Source: the human T2T-CHM13v2.0 reference genome, Homo sapiens
Reading direction: 5' to 3' (one strand)
Assembly (NCBI RefSeq): GCF_009914755.1
Contig: NC_060942.1
DNA: 64,000 nucleotides
The translations under genes were made by a program, and so were the position numbers. Each line of letters starts with the position of its first letter. Within the stretch, counting starts at the first letter, position 1. Positions 30,235-43,729 of the stretch are shown here, one piece after another. The notes under the pieces were generated by a model. That model searched no databases and was not told the DNA's origin. It worked only from the letters and a program-made list of their open reading frames with translations.

Positions 30235-30527
30235 GATTTTAAATTAAAGAGATAGGTTATTGCTCTGTTGACTGGCTGGAGTGCATGGCATGACCATGGC
30301 TTAGTGCAGCCTTGATCTCCTGGGTTCAAGCAATCCTCTCTCCTCAGCTTCAGCCTCTCAAGTAGCTGGGAATTACAGGTGTGTGCCATCACATCTGGCT
30401 AATTTTTAAATTTTTTTGTAGAGACAATGTCTCACTACATTGTCCAAGCTGGTCTTGAACTTGTCTTAAGTAGTCTTCCCACCTCAGCCTCCAAAGAGCT
30501 AGGATTATAGGCAAGAGCCATTGTGAC
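30235..30527 (-). mobile_element. AluJ
   Basis: catggcttagtgcagccttgatctcctggg and tttttgtagagac (J diagnostics); diverged. Confidence 0.88.
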
Positions 30528-30534
30528 AAAATAA

Positions 30535-30773
30535 GGTTCACTGTAGCCTTGAACTCTTCAGCTCAAGCAATCCTCCTGCCTCAGCCTCCCAAACAGCTGC
30601 AAGTACAGGCATATGCCCCCATTCTAGGCTGTTTTTTTTTTAATTATTATTGTTTTACAGGTGGGGTCACACTATGTTGCCCAGGCTAGTATCTTACCAC
30701 TGACCTCAAGAGATCCTCCTGCCTCAGTCTCCCAAGTTGTTGGGATTACAGCCATGAACTATCATGCCTGGCT
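30535..30773 (-). mobile_element. Second AluJ, missing its 3' end
   Basis: tcactgtagccttgaactc...ctcaagcaatcctcctgcctcagcc...cactatgttgcccaggct...atgcctggct. Confidence 0.85.
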
Positions 30774-31441
30774 GATGGAAATTTAAAGTAATTATTACTA
30801 ATATATTAAAGGATTTAGTGGAAATGATGTAAAACATGCAAATCAGAGAGATAATTTCAATAGAAGAGATAAGATGTAAGAGAAAAAAAAGTGGAAGTGC
30901 TGGACTGGGAAAACACTACCATAGAAAATGTCTTCTATGGGATCATCACTAGACATAATATATCTGAGGAAAGAATCAACTAACTTGAAGATAGGTCTAC
31001 AGAAATTATACAAATTGAAACACAAACGAAAAAAAGAAAAAAAGAGCATATAAGAGTTACAGGAAGTTACCAAAACTTCAATTCACATTACTAGAGTTCA
31101 AGAAGAAAAGACAGAGAATAGGTTAGAAAACATATTTGAAGATGTAATAACTGATAAATTTTAAAAATCAGTCATTGACACCAAATCATAGGTCTTGGTA
31201 GCTCAGAGAACACCAAACAGAATGAATATTATCCCAGACTCAAAAAACAAAACAAAACAAAACAAAATAAAAAACATCAAAGCATATCTTACTCAGATAA
31301 ATAAAAACTAAGGAATATATTGAAGACAGTCTCAGAGAGGAAAAAAAGAACATCTATTTAGAAGAACAAAACAAAATATATAGTTAACTTTTATGAAATC
31401 AAGCATCAAGCAAGACAGAAGATAATAGAGTAATTTTACAG

Positions 31442-32145
31442 TGATCAATTTATCCTCTTTCAGTTCCAACTTGACCCTTAATTTCCAGATCTTTAAAAAT
31501 TAAAACTGAGTTATTCAAATACCTTTACTTTGCTAGTTCATATGGTGCTAAGCTTTGTCAGCAGAAGGCATGAGGGAGACATTATAGAAGGCAGTAATTT
31601 GAGGGCTTCAATGCACTTTCTTGTCAGTCTCCTGCCGTACCTAACCTTCTTCAGTGTTGTCTCCTGCATGTGGAAGGCTTATTCGGGATATGGCTACAGA
31701 TGTGAATAGTAGCTATTCAGCACCCACCCACCTGGGGCCATCAATCCCCTTAAGTAGTTTAATAGCAAAGTGCCTTAAATGAGGTATTTTGCCCCTCTTG
31801 ACACCTTGGAGGCTAAATTTCTAGCAAGATCCAGATAGTGCGCATTCCATCAAGCTGTACTAGGGTGTCACTACAGCGAATTTTACATTCAATGAGTCAA
31901 GGGCAGGACCAGCTCTATAAGTTAAGAATCTCAGTCCTGGGGTGAGAGTTTCTTCTTAAGTGTTCTTTCAGTCCTAAAGATAGAGGCTACCCCTTGTGTT
32001 TTGCTATTCTTCTATTCCTTAAAATTCTCATAAGTCTTTCTAGCCAAGCTCTTGTTACTGTTTTACTTAATAATTTTCATATTATATCTTTCTTCTTATT
32101 ATTACTTTATGGTTTCTGTCTGGTTATTGACTCTGAGTAATAAAA
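31442..32145 (+). mobile_element. Probable old ERVL LTR (LTR41/LTR33-like)
   Basis: gctaagctttgtcagcagaaggcatgagggagaca motif and a 3' end ggtttctgtctggttattgactctgagtaata; diverged. Confidence 0.45.
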
Positions 32146-32419
32146 TTTAATAAAGGTGGCCTTTCTGAGTAACTCTCCTCCAAGAGGACCCCTTCCACTG
32201 TGTGTCAGTACTATGTCAGCCATTTTACTGGTAGATATTCAGAAAAGAGACAAAGAGACAGAGAGATACAGAGATAGACAGCTCAGAAGTGCCTTATATC
32301 ACTTCTTCCCACATTTTAGAGTTCCAAACAAGATATAAATAAGGCAGAATAATGTGATGTTCCTGTATTTCTCTAGCAGGAATGTGCTTGGGGAGCATCT
32401 AAAAATCTCTACCAAAATA

Positions 32420-32935
32420 TGTGATATTTTCTATGTTAAAAGTAAACTGTATATTACCTCCTTCAGTAACTCACAAATATCTTCCCCTTCCTTGATGTCT
32501 TCCTCAGTAAATACTACAGTCATTTACCTACTTACTGGGTAAAACCCTTGTGGGTACCCATGATGCCTGGCTTTATTACACTTAAAATCTATCGCTGAAT
32601 TCTGTCACAAATCAAACTACCCTCAGCTTGCTCAAACTGTATGAATCTCTTTCCTGGACTATGCAAATGAACTCCTAATTCCCAGCTGGGCTTTCTGATG
32701 CCACTATTTCCTCTACAGTATATTCCCCTGAGGTAACCCAGATGCACTTTCCAAAACCTAATAAGGTAATGTGATGATTCCACTTCGACTTCAGTAGTTT
32801 CCCATTGTACTTAAGACTAAAACGTAAAGTTCTTCCCATGTCCTGCAATTGTCTGCATGATCTCATTTTCAGCAACATTTCTTAACCCATCTTGCCTGTG
32901 TTCACACTGCTGCAACCACACAAAATTTCCTTTAG
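32420..32935 (+). mobile_element. L2 remnant
   Basis: cctggactatgcaaatgaactccta; cagtagtttcccattgtacttaagactaaaa. Confidence 0.65.
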
Positions 32936-32974
32936 GTTTCTCTCTGAGTTTCTTCTCGCGTTTTCTATTCCAGG

Positions 32975-34722
32975 AATTTTCATCTAAATAATGTATCCAT
33001 TGTCGAAAGCAGGGTATCATAGTCCCTTACTAAGGGGACTTTGCATTGCTGTCTACTTTTCACTTTTGTTCTATTAATATTTGAATTACACTTAGGTGTT
33101 CCAAACTTCAGTGCATATGTATTTACAATTATTATCTCATCTTCATGAATTGGCTCCTTTATCATTACATGATGACCTTAATTATCTTTTGTGACAATTT
33201 TTGATATGATGTCCACTGTTACTGTCTTTTCATTATCATTTGCATGGAATATCTTTATTTATACCTTCACTTTCAGACTATGTATTTTCTTAAAGCTAAA
33301 GTGAATCTGTTGTAGACAGCATATAGTTAGATCTTGTTTCTTTAATCCATTCACTGTGTCTTTTAATTGAAAATTAAATCCACTTACAGTTAAAGTAATT
33401 ATTGATATGTTAGAACTCATTACTGCCATTTTGTTAATTTTTTTCTGATGGTTTTGTAGTACATTTGTTCCATTATTTCTTGCTTGCTATCCTAATTTAG
33501 GATTTTATATTTTTGCAGTGCTATGCTTTGATTATGAGACTGATGTGCTGCCTACTCCACTAAGGAGGGACCTTGGTATTTTTGCAGTGCTATGTTTGAT
33601 TTATTTATCTTTGCCTTTTGTGTATCTACCATAGGCTTGTCCTTTTTGATTACATGAGGCTTATATAAAATATCTTATATCAATCTATTTTAAGGTGATA
33701 ACAAGTTAACTTCAACCATATACAAAAATCCTATATTTAATTTCTCCTCATCCATGTTTTATGTTGTATATACCCCAATATACATCTTTTACATATATGT
33801 ATCCATTACCAAATTTTTGTACCTATACTTATTTTTAATGCTTTTGTCTTTTAACTTTTATGCCAAAGCTAAAAATGATTTAACCACCACCATTACAGTA
33901 TTATAGTGTTCTGAACTACACCATATTCTTACCTTTACAGTGAATTCTACAGTTTCCCATGTTACATGTTGTAAGTGGCCTTGTTTACCAACTGGAAGAA
34001 CTTTCATTAGTATTTCTTGTAAGGCAAGTCTAGTGGCCTTGAACTTTCACAGCTTTTGCTTACCTGGGAAAGTGAAAGTGCTTATCTTGCCTTCGTTTCT
34101 GAAAGATATTTTTGACAGCTATAGTTTTCTTGGGTGGTAGTGTTTTTCTTTCCTTTTCTTTCAGAACTTTGAATATATTATCCCTGTCTCTCCTCACCTG
34201 CAAGGTTTCTGCTGAGAAATGTGCTGATAGTCCTACGGAGTTTTCCTTGTATGTGTTCACTTGCTTTTCTCTTGCTGCTTTCAAAATTCTCTTTGTATTT
34301 AACTTTTGAGAATTTGTTTATATTGTGTTTCAGAAAAGATCTGTGTATATAGCCTCTATTTACACTTATTTGAGCTTCATGGATCTAATAATTTCCTTTG
34401 TCAGATTTGGGAAGTTTTCTGTTATTCTTTTTTTCTTTCAATAAGCTTTATTCTCCTTTCTCTTTGTTTGCTACTTCTGGAATAGCATAATGTGTAAATT
34501 GGTTTGCTTGATGGTTTCACATAGACCCACTGACTTTCTTCACTCCTTTGTTGTTATTGTTGTGCCTCAGACTGGATAATTTCAAATGATTAATCTTTGA
34601 GCTCATTGATTTTTTTCTTCAGTTTTATTGAGTCTGTTGTTAAAGCTTTCTATGGAATATTCTAGTTCAGTATTTATGTTTTTAACAGCAAAATTTCTGT
34701 TTGGCTCTTTTCAAAAATATCT
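32975..34722 (-). mobile_element. L1M(A)-type fragment: ORF1 and start of ORF2
   Basis: ORF 34060..34284 KAAREK...SAHFSAETLQVRR...IFKVLKEK matches ORF1p; ORF 32980..33165 IKEPIHEDEIIIVNTYA matches the ORF2p endonuclease. Confidence 0.9.
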
Positions 34723-34939
34723 ACTTTGTCCACTTTATGTCTTTTGATTGAGGATTTTACTTGATCTATATCTAAGGTAATTATTGATAGGATTGACCTT
34801 AATATTGCAATTTTGCTGATTGTTTTGTGTTTGTTTTGTAATTCCCATGTTTCTCTCTTATTCTCTTATCTGTGGCAATTTTTTGTAGTAGTATGATTTA
34901 ATTGTTTTCTCTTTAATCTTTTCTGTAACTACTGTATGT

Positions 34940-34940
34940 C

Positions 34941-34976
<36 letters not shown>
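34940..34976. repeat. (TA)n(TG)n microsatellite
   Basis: Directly visible. Confidence 0.9.
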
Positions 34977-34978
<2 letters not shown>

Positions 34979-35438
34979 CATTGTATGCATAGGACAATTT
35001 TATAGTTACAGCAGCCTATTTTAAGCTGATAACAACTTATCTGCAATTGTTTAAAGAAACTATACGCTTTACCTCTAAACACACACATGCAAAAAACACA
35101 CACTTTATATAATTAAGATCAGATTTTACTTCTTTCTATATTGATTACAATTATTCTTACTACTTTTTTCATTTAATTTATTAATTAATATATAACATCA
35201 TTTGCCTGCCATCATTACAGTATAACAATATTTTTATCTTTATATTTACCTTCAGAAATGAGATTTATGCTTTTATATTCTTCCATGTTGTTGTTTACAA
35301 TCTTTTCGCTTTATCTTGAAAAATTACTTTTAGTTCTTATAAGGCAGATCTAGTGCTAAAATAATCCCAGTTTTTGTTTGTTGTAGCCTCTTTTTCTCTC
35401 CTTTCTTCTTAAAGGACAATTTTGTTGTGTAAAATATT

Positions 35439-35821
35439 TGCTATAATTTGTATATGGTTTGGGTGGTCCTGCTGAGTCTCATGTTAAAATTTGATCTCTA
35501 ATGTTGGAAGTTGGGCCTGGTAGGATGATGTGTTCTTATGAGAGAGAGTTCTTACTCTTAGATCCCTCAAGAACTGGTCATTGAAAAGAGCTTGGCACTT
35601 CCTTCTCTTTCTTTCTTGCAGTGAAATGCTGACCCTTCTTCACCTGCCACCATGAGTGGAAACAGCATGAAGCCCTCCCGAGAAGCCAATAAGATGAATG
35701 CTGATGCCATGCTCTTGTACAGCCTGCAGAACCATGAGACAAATAAAAGCCAAATTATACTTTTCTGTATAAATTACCCAGCCTCAGGTATTCCTTTATA
35801 GCAAACAAACAAACTAGGATA
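35439..35821 (+). mobile_element. MaLR solo LTR, MSTB-like
   Basis: tgctataatttg...tctcatgttaaaat...tataaattacccagcctcaggtattcctttatagcaa; TSD atatt / gtatt. Confidence 0.87.
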
Positions 35822-36999
35822 GTATTATTGGTTGAGAGTTTTATTTTGTTTTGCTTTCTTTCAGTACTTCAAATATATTATCCAAATATTTTTAGGCCTG
35901 TAAAGTATTTGCTGAGAAATTCACTGATAGTCTTGGGAAGGTTATCCTGTATGTAACATGCCACTTTTCTTTTGGTGCCATCAATATCTTTTATTTTCTT
36001 GGGCTTCTCATAATTTATTTATAATGTATTTTAATGTAGATATTTTTGCATGGAAGGTATTTGGCAACCTTTAGATCTCAGAAATCTGAATGTTTATTTC
36101 CCTCCCTAGGTTTTAAAGGTTTTCAGACATGGTTTATATGACATGTTTTCTGTGTCTTCCTCCTTCTCTTCTCCTTCTTGAACTCCTACAATGCAAACGT
36201 TGGTTTATTTTTTAGTGTCTTATAAGTAACATAGGCTTTCTTCATCTTTTTCAATCTTTTCTGTTTTTATTCCTCTAAATGAATAATTTCAAATTAACTA
36301 TCTTTGAGTTCATTCATTATTTTTCCTCCTTAAAAATACAACTACTGCTGAAGTATCTCTATTTAGTTTCTCAGTTCATTTATTATATTCTTCATCTCCA
36401 TGACATTCATTTGGTTCTTTATTTCAGTTTCTATTTCTTTATTGAACATCAAATTTTGTTCATATATTGTTTTCTTGATTTAGTTTAGTTGTCGTTCTCT
36501 GTTCTCTTGTTGCGCATTGAGCTACTTTGAGCTTATCATTTTGAATTATTTGTAAGACAGTCTATGAATTTCTATTTCTTTAGAATTGATTACTAGAGTT
36601 TTATTAGTTTACTTTGGTGGTGTCATGTTTGCCTGATCTTTTGTAATCCTTATATCCTTGGGTTGGTGTCTGTGAATTGGAAAAAATGGTCTCTCTTCCA
36701 GTCTTGCTGAGAATGTCCTAATCCATCATTTTACTGACATCAGCATCTTCTATATTGATTGCTGTAGTTTTTGTCATAGCACTAAGGACTACCCAACAGT
36801 ATCATATTAATTCTCTTATGATATTAATATGTTAATCACTAAAGTACAAACCCCATAAAATAAGAAATTTGCTTTTTGGTTCCACACTGTAAAACCAGTG
36901 GCTCTAAAGGTTTTAGAAAAAAATTTTCCCTTAAGTCAGGAAAATAGAATTTGAAAATACTAATAAAAAATGAGATCTGTGTTAGACAGTGATAGAAAC

Positions 37000-37290
37000 A
37001 GAACTAGGGAGTTCGAACTTTATTACAAGAAAAGCAGGAAGCCATTCGAACCCTGTCTTTACTGGAAAAGTAATTTCATCAGATTTGTGGCTTAGGAGGA
37101 TCCTATTGGCTATAACGTAAAAAATAACTTGGAGTGAAGTGACACTGAGGGGAAAAGGCATCAATTTTAGCCAGTAGCTTAGGTTAGATATGACTCTGGC
37201 TTACACTAAGATGATGACAGTTGTAATAAAACGTAGTGAAAAGATCAAGAGATGTTTCAGAAATAAAATCAATAGAATAAAACTGAGTTT
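37000..37290 (-). mobile_element. L2 remnant
   Basis: catcagatttgtggcttaggaggatcctattggct resembles L2 antisense. Confidence 0.5.
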
Positions 37291-38136
37291 TTGCTTGTTT
37301 GTTTTGATTTTATTTTTAAAAAAAGCTCTATCTTCAGGTAACGAAAAAAGTAAATTACAACTCTTGTACTTAAAAAGTCATATTCTAGTTTTGCCCTTAA
37401 CCACTGAGAAAAATGTTAATAATTAACCTCTCCTAATTTGATAAAAATGTAACCCCAGTTGACAATGAAAGTGGTTTTTCTTAGGGTCATAAATATAAGG
37501 ACAGTCTTTCCATTTGTTATCTTAATTTAATGATATCCTTGTGTCTAATAGATCAAGAAACTCCTCTTTCCAAGGACTCTCCAATATTCCCGCATTTGGC
37601 TAACTAAAGTGTTCTGAGACAGGAAAAAAAAAAAAAGAAACCCTTGAGAATATACAGATAAGTGTCCGCCAAACACTGGGAGCTATTTGAATATTATTAT
37701 AACACGTAATGTAATTATAACAATTCAATCTTCTGGAAAATACAATAACAAGTTTCCCTGCTAGGTACAAGGAAAGTGAATGTGAACTGTCCAGGTTGTA
37801 TAACTATCTCTGGTATTCGGCCAAACAATCTGCTACTATATAAACTACTACTGTATAAAGTTTAGGATGAAGATTTTAATGAAATTATACACTCAGAATT
37901 TTTGTTTTGATTTTCCTCCTTCACAAGGATCAGAAGACCACAGCAAAGTGAGCCCAGAGATTCCTTACATTTATATGCATACGTAAGTTGTTAGTCCTGG
38001 GAGAGAATGGTATAGATTTTGAGCTGATTCTATTGTTTATGAAATTATAATTGGAAATCAAACATAGCTTCAATATCTAGATCCCCTTTTTCTATACTTC
38101 CAGTAGCACCCTCTCCCCCCACCCCAACCAGCCGTG

Positions 38137-38292
38137 CAAAAGTGGTTATAAAACTTGAAGGGCCCAGTACAAAATAAAATTATGTAGTCCCTTGTTCAAA
38201 AATTAATAATTTTAAGATGGCAACAGCAAAACTTTAAACCATATTAAGGCCCTTCTGAAATAAGTTCCTATGTGAGCCCACAAACCATCCTT
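38137..38292 (-). mobile_element. MER45A (hAT-Tip100) DNA transposon
   Basis: gggcccagtacaaaataaaat...cccttgttcaaaaatta...aagatggcaacagca...ttaaacca...ggcccttctga matches the reverse MER45A consensus. Confidence 0.75.
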
Positions 38293-38422
38293 GCTATGTT
38301 TGAATAAAAGAAATTTCCTATTGAAGTCCATATCATGAATTCCTGAAAAATGACTTAGTTATTTGTAAATAGTGTATAGCCCAAGTAAATTTTCCTTTCA
38401 ATTTTTATAGTTTATAACTCCA

Positions 38423-38833
38423 AGATATGGCTTGGATTTTTGTGTCTCCACCCAAATCTCATGTTGAATTGTAATCCCCAATTTGGATGAGGGGCCTGGG
38501 GAGAGGTGAGTGGATCATAGGGGTGGATTTCCCCCTTGCTTTTCTCATGACTGTGAGTGAGTTTTCAGGAGAGCTGATTGTTTAAAAGTGTATAGCAACT
38601 CCGCATTCTCTCTCTTCCTCCTGCTCCAGCCATGTAAGATGTGACTGCTTCCCTTTCAATTTCCGCCATGATTGTAAGTTTCCTGAGGCCTCCGCAGCCA
38701 TGCTTCCTGTAGAGCCTGTGGAACCGTGAGCCAATAAAACCCCTTCTCTTTATAAATTACTCAGTTTCAGATATGTATTTTCTTTTTTCTTTCAGGTATT
38801 TCTTTATAGCAGTGTGAAAATGGACTAATAACA
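38423..38833 (+). mobile_element. MaLR solo LTR, MSTA-like
   Basis: gatatggcttggat...cacccaaatctcatgttgaattgtaatcccca...catgattgtaagtttcctgaggcctcc; perfect 5-bp TSD CTCCA. Confidence 0.92.
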
Positions 38834-41319
38834 CTCCACTTCTCCAGCCAGTTAGACTGCATTTCTGGAAGTAGCCTGATCTAAAGTGGTTGACCCCAAA
38901 CCTGGGTATTTCTCCTGAGCCCTGCAATTAGCTTCATAAAGAAGTTTCACTCACCAAAAAGTTAATTTTATTAGATTCTTATAAATTGAGTAAGGTAAAA
39001 ATGCTCTCACCTCTTTAACAAGGCTTAGCTATAGCACAAATTTGTCACATTGAGTTATCCACAACCTCTTTCAAATCATTTGGAGAAATTTGACCATTTA
39101 TGCTGGTTTAGCAATTTTAATGGGAGTTAACAGTCATTACAGCTAAAACACTGGTTGATTAAATAAGGTGGGTGTTAAAAATCAGATTAAGCCAGTATCA
39201 TAGTGAATTTGCTTATCAATGACGTCAAAATGGTTAATCTAACAATCCTTTGTGATGCCAAAGTTGGTGAGGTCATTAGTTGCAGCTCAGGGCAAAGGAG
39301 AGAGCCTGGTAAAGATGCCTTTGGTGATGACACCATTTCCTCCAAATTCCTTTTCCACCAGTTTGAGTTCCACCTTTTCTTCCCGCCACAGGGCTGCTTG
39401 AAATGTTGCAGAAGACCTAAAAGACTGTTTCTATCTATATCCTGGCAACAGAGGCTGTTTATCCTATTCTCTTTTTCTTTTCTCTCTTTTTTTTTTTTTT
39501 ACACTTCTCCATCCTTGTCATCAGTTTTACCCACGCTACCCCCTTTCAGGGCACACATGTACACACATATACCCATGCCAATATGGACATACACACACAC
39601 ATCTTGCACTGAATTTTTCAGTCTAATCAGAATGAAATATTTAAGTGGTTGAAAAGCAAGATCTTGGAATAAAATTTAAGTGTAATTAATAATAGAGAGA
39701 GGGGACAAGAGAGGGATAGAGACAGAGACAGCAGAGTCCACATACACATAGCCACAACATAGTCACATAGAAGAGCAGGTGAATGTAGCTTTTGTTTAGC
39801 ATGAAGACAGAGAAAATCAGGTTATGGAATTATCTTTCTGCTCCTTTATTGTTGAAACTCCAAATAGCAGCTTTTGTCATTTTTATATTCTTATATCAAA
39901 TTGCATTTAGCCAATGTAAAATTGCTTTTGAAGTCAGGCACCCAATATGAGATGAAGTGGAGATGTGTCAGTTACTCAGTGTCTTTGGGTATTGTTGATA
40001 CAACATCTGATTCTTTAAGTGAAATTGCCCAGCAGCTTCTACTATGCAGATTTAACTTACTACACTTTTCTATCTTCTCTTACTCTCTTTATTTTAAGTT
40101 GTATTACTCTTACCCTATCTCTAACCCATTCTGTCTTTCAATCCCAAAAGTAAATCTCTGATTCAAACTACTACACATTCTAAAATAATCACTTGAATCT
40201 ATGTTTCTTTCTCACTTACTCAGAACATTAAATCTCAACATCAATCTGACTGTGGGATAAATCAGTCAATAATTAATAAGAGAGTTACAATGTCTGTTTA
40301 GTGTGTAGACCTGTTTCTTACAAGAAATCATTTATTTAATTTTTACTTGTATCATAAGTGCTTAAATGCATTTGCCTGCCTCAGTTAATATGATTTTCCT
40401 TTGCCCTTATTTATACAAAATATCTTTCATATACATATGTGTGTGTTTCTATCAATCAAATAAGATCACTTGAAAATGCTAAACCACAAATTGAATTACA
40501 TTGTTATTTTTGTAGCCATACAGATATACACACATACCTTCAAAAGCAAATGGAGAATTAATTGAATCTCATATTTGCTTTAGTTCAATTTGAGCATGAA
40601 ATGTAACATATCTTTCATATCTCAAGTTTTGTTAAGTTTACCAATTTTGACATCATAGGGATAAGTTTAATTTCTTGATTTCCAGAACCAAAACACAGTG
40701 ATGTGTGGTAGAGGGGTTGGCAAAGGTGGTAGAATTTATTATGACCTCTATTTCTCAAAATTGCTAAACAGACAAAAATACATATTTCATAAGTTACTCA
40801 AATAATGAAGAATTGAAAAAGTCTTATCTCACTTTCTTTAGGATCAAGATTATGTTCTTAGTTGAAAATCTTCTTTGTTCTGTTAGAGGTATGTCATAGA
40901 AGAAAGTTCTATAATTCAATGTTTGCTTGTCTTTTCAGCTGAGGAAGGTTGCTTATATTTTAGTAGCCAGGCCTACACATTTTGCTTTTGATGTTCTTGG
41001 TAAACATTTTTTTCTCAGTCCTAGAAACTCATTATCACAACATTACTTTATAATTTGATTCAGTCAATCATTGAAATAATTTATACTTCAATTCATTATT
41101 GCACCAAAATTCCTTTATGAAAAAAACAGTAAAAAAACCCATGGTCAAACTTGAGACTGTTCCTAATTTTGAGGATGAATATTTGGAGCTCTGCAAGGTG
41201 AAAGCAGTTAAATTTCCTCTATAACATTTGCTTCACATTTAATTATTATTCTTGTCTTGTAAAAGGTTTTTATTAGGATATTTTCTGGACTGCACATTCT
41301 TGAAGGCTATGGAGAAGAG

Positions 41320-41550
41320 TCTATATGATAGTGTGGAAAAAGCCCATATATATATACATATATTCAATGTGGTCTGATTCTGGACTATAGCACAGACCAG
41401 CTCTGTGGCCCAGCAGATAATGTAAGCTTTCTGATATTTAGGCCAGATTGCTGGTACGAAGGGGTAATGGTACTCATCTCACCAGCTGATTATTAGGAGG
41501 ATTCAAATGAGGAAATTACATAAAGGTACTCTTACCAATTCTGAATCTAA
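41320..41550 (+). mobile_element. MIR remnant
   Basis: ggggtaatggtactcatctcaccagctgattattagggaggattcaaatgag (MIR core). Confidence 0.5.
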
Positions 41551-41769
41551 TATAAATGACCTCTCTAAGAGGCCATTGTTGAAATATAAAGAGCAGAGAA
41601 GTGTCTGGGACAAAGGAACTAGACATCACCAAGTTTCTCCTTAAACACATTAGCATGTATCAATCCAACTCGCTGCTTGGCACCTTAGAATAGAAATGAT
41701 GATGATCCTAAGCTCAACAGATGCATTAATATGGAAGGGGATTTAATCATAAAAACCAATTACAAGCCA

Positions 41770-41990
41770 CAAAACTGGGTTTGAATCCTGGTTATTCCAT
41801 TTGCAGTAAGGCTACATGCACATTAATTAGGCTTCTTTGCCTTACTTAGTTTTCTCATCTGTAAATGGTGGTAATAATGACACCTGCCTTAGGGATTTCT
41901 GGGAGGATTCAATATGTTAATATATTGAAAATGCTCATACTGAGGCTTGGCAAATACTAAGTGCTCTAGTCTAGTCACTTATCACTATCA
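41770..41990 (+). mobile_element. MIR
   Basis: ctgggtttgaatcctgg...agttttctcatctgtaaatgg...gaggattcaata...taagtgctc. Confidence 0.82.
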
Positions 41991-42413
41991 ATTAGCAAAC
42001 GTTAGGAAGCACATGACATCTGATAGAAACTATGATTGTTGAGAATCAGGTCATGGCTAATGTAACAGTCAAATATAGTTTATAAAATCCATGCTACATG
42101 ACCAGGAAGAGTAATTCTTTATATTTTTATGTATTAACTGATTTTCTAATACTATGGATAATTTACTTAACAGCTGTGGACAAATCTAAATAATAATATC
42201 ATGCATTAAAGTGAGTGTTTTAAGCCTGGAAGTAAGGATAAAAATTCAAAAGTTGAAATCAAGATGATCTGTCTTCAAATTTTCAAATCTTTCTATCTTC
42301 ATGAAACACAGACATGATACATGGCAAAGTGTGATGAGGATAGAGAGGACTCACCCTCCCTAACCCTGTCCATGAACAGTTCCCTCAGATTGGCAAGAGC
42401 CTTAAAAACAACA

Positions 42414-42719
42414 CAGATGTTCCTCTATTTATAATGGGGTTACAACCTTATAAACCCAACATAAGTTGAAAATGCATTTAATACAACTAACCTCCAGAAC
42501 ATCACAGCTTAGCCTTACCTGCCTTAAAAGCTCTTAGAACCACTTACATCAGCCAACGGTTGAGCAAAATCATCTAACACAAAGCCTATTTTATAGTAGT
42601 GTTACATATTTCATGTAATTTATTGAATACTGTACTGAAAAGGAAAAATGGAATGATTGTATGGCCATTGTAAACCCCCCAAATCATAAACCAAACTCTT
42701 GTAAGTCAAGGACATTCTG
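42414..42719 (+). mobile_element. MER47A (TcMar-Tigger) DNA transposon, internally deleted
   Basis: cagatgttcctc...gcaaaatcatctaacacaaagcctatttta...catgtaatttattgaatactgtactgaaa...gtaagtcaaggacattctg followed by TA. Confidence 0.88.
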
Positions 42720-43417
42720 TACAAGTCTCGATGATAATAAGAGAAGTCACAGAAAATATTCAATGAGATAATAAATGTAAATTTAATGGCACTTTGTCAT
42801 TATTGTGGTGGGGGTGGTCCTTACCATTTGCACCTCAAATTTCACGATGGCAGGAACTGTGTATCATCTCCTCAGTGTTATTAGACCTATATGATGATAC
42901 AGTAATAAAACACAAAACATGACTTCCAAAAAATACCAAAATACAATGTAAATTTTTGTGGAAGTCTCTTAAAGGCACACCAAAGGGAGTTAAATTCTTT
43001 GAGTTTATAAATGCTCCAAAACCCTTTTCATCTTTCTCCTAACACCTTGTCACAATCTACTTCATCTAAGTCTCTTATTTATTTTTTTATTCCAGTCCAA
43101 GGCCTTTTTATCCTCCTGATTATTTCTCGTCTAAACCAACATAGCTTTTCTAAGCATTTCCCATTTCTTCTTTCAGATTTCTTAGAAGTTGGAAGAGGAA
43201 ACGCTGTGAATATACAGACCTATATGAAACAAATTGTCGAATAAATGAAAATTTAAAGGCCTAAGTTTTATTCAGTAATGGCATAGTTTTGCTAGTCTGG
43301 CCTGAACATTTGGGAGTGAATTAGAACCCAATGCTTGTCCCAGGGAAGGACAGAGTGTGTGATTAAATTAGGCAGGAACCAAGAAGAATATTTTTATATT
43401 AAAAAAAAACAGAAATC

Positions 43418-43729
<312 letters not shown>

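Larger units (their letters stand above)
28950..31440 (+). mobile_element. Old L1M 5' UTR and ORF1 remnant
   Basis: gaggaaagaatcaactaacttgaagataggtctacagaaattatacaaattgaaa (ORF1 coiled-coil region); gctcagagaacaccaaacagaatgaat. Confidence 0.72.
34725..36715 (-). mobile_element. Second L1M fragment covering ORF1 to ORF2 start, interrupted by MSTB
   Basis: The same L1 landmarks occur again: aaggtaattattgatagg, ttttaagctgataacaactta, gctgagaaattcactgatagtc. Confidence 0.82.

Noticed and set aside
39203-39652. Longest ORF in the window (149 aa)
   Set aside because: It has a GTG start, no recognisable domain, and runs through poly(T) and CA-rich low-complexity sequence, consistent with chance.
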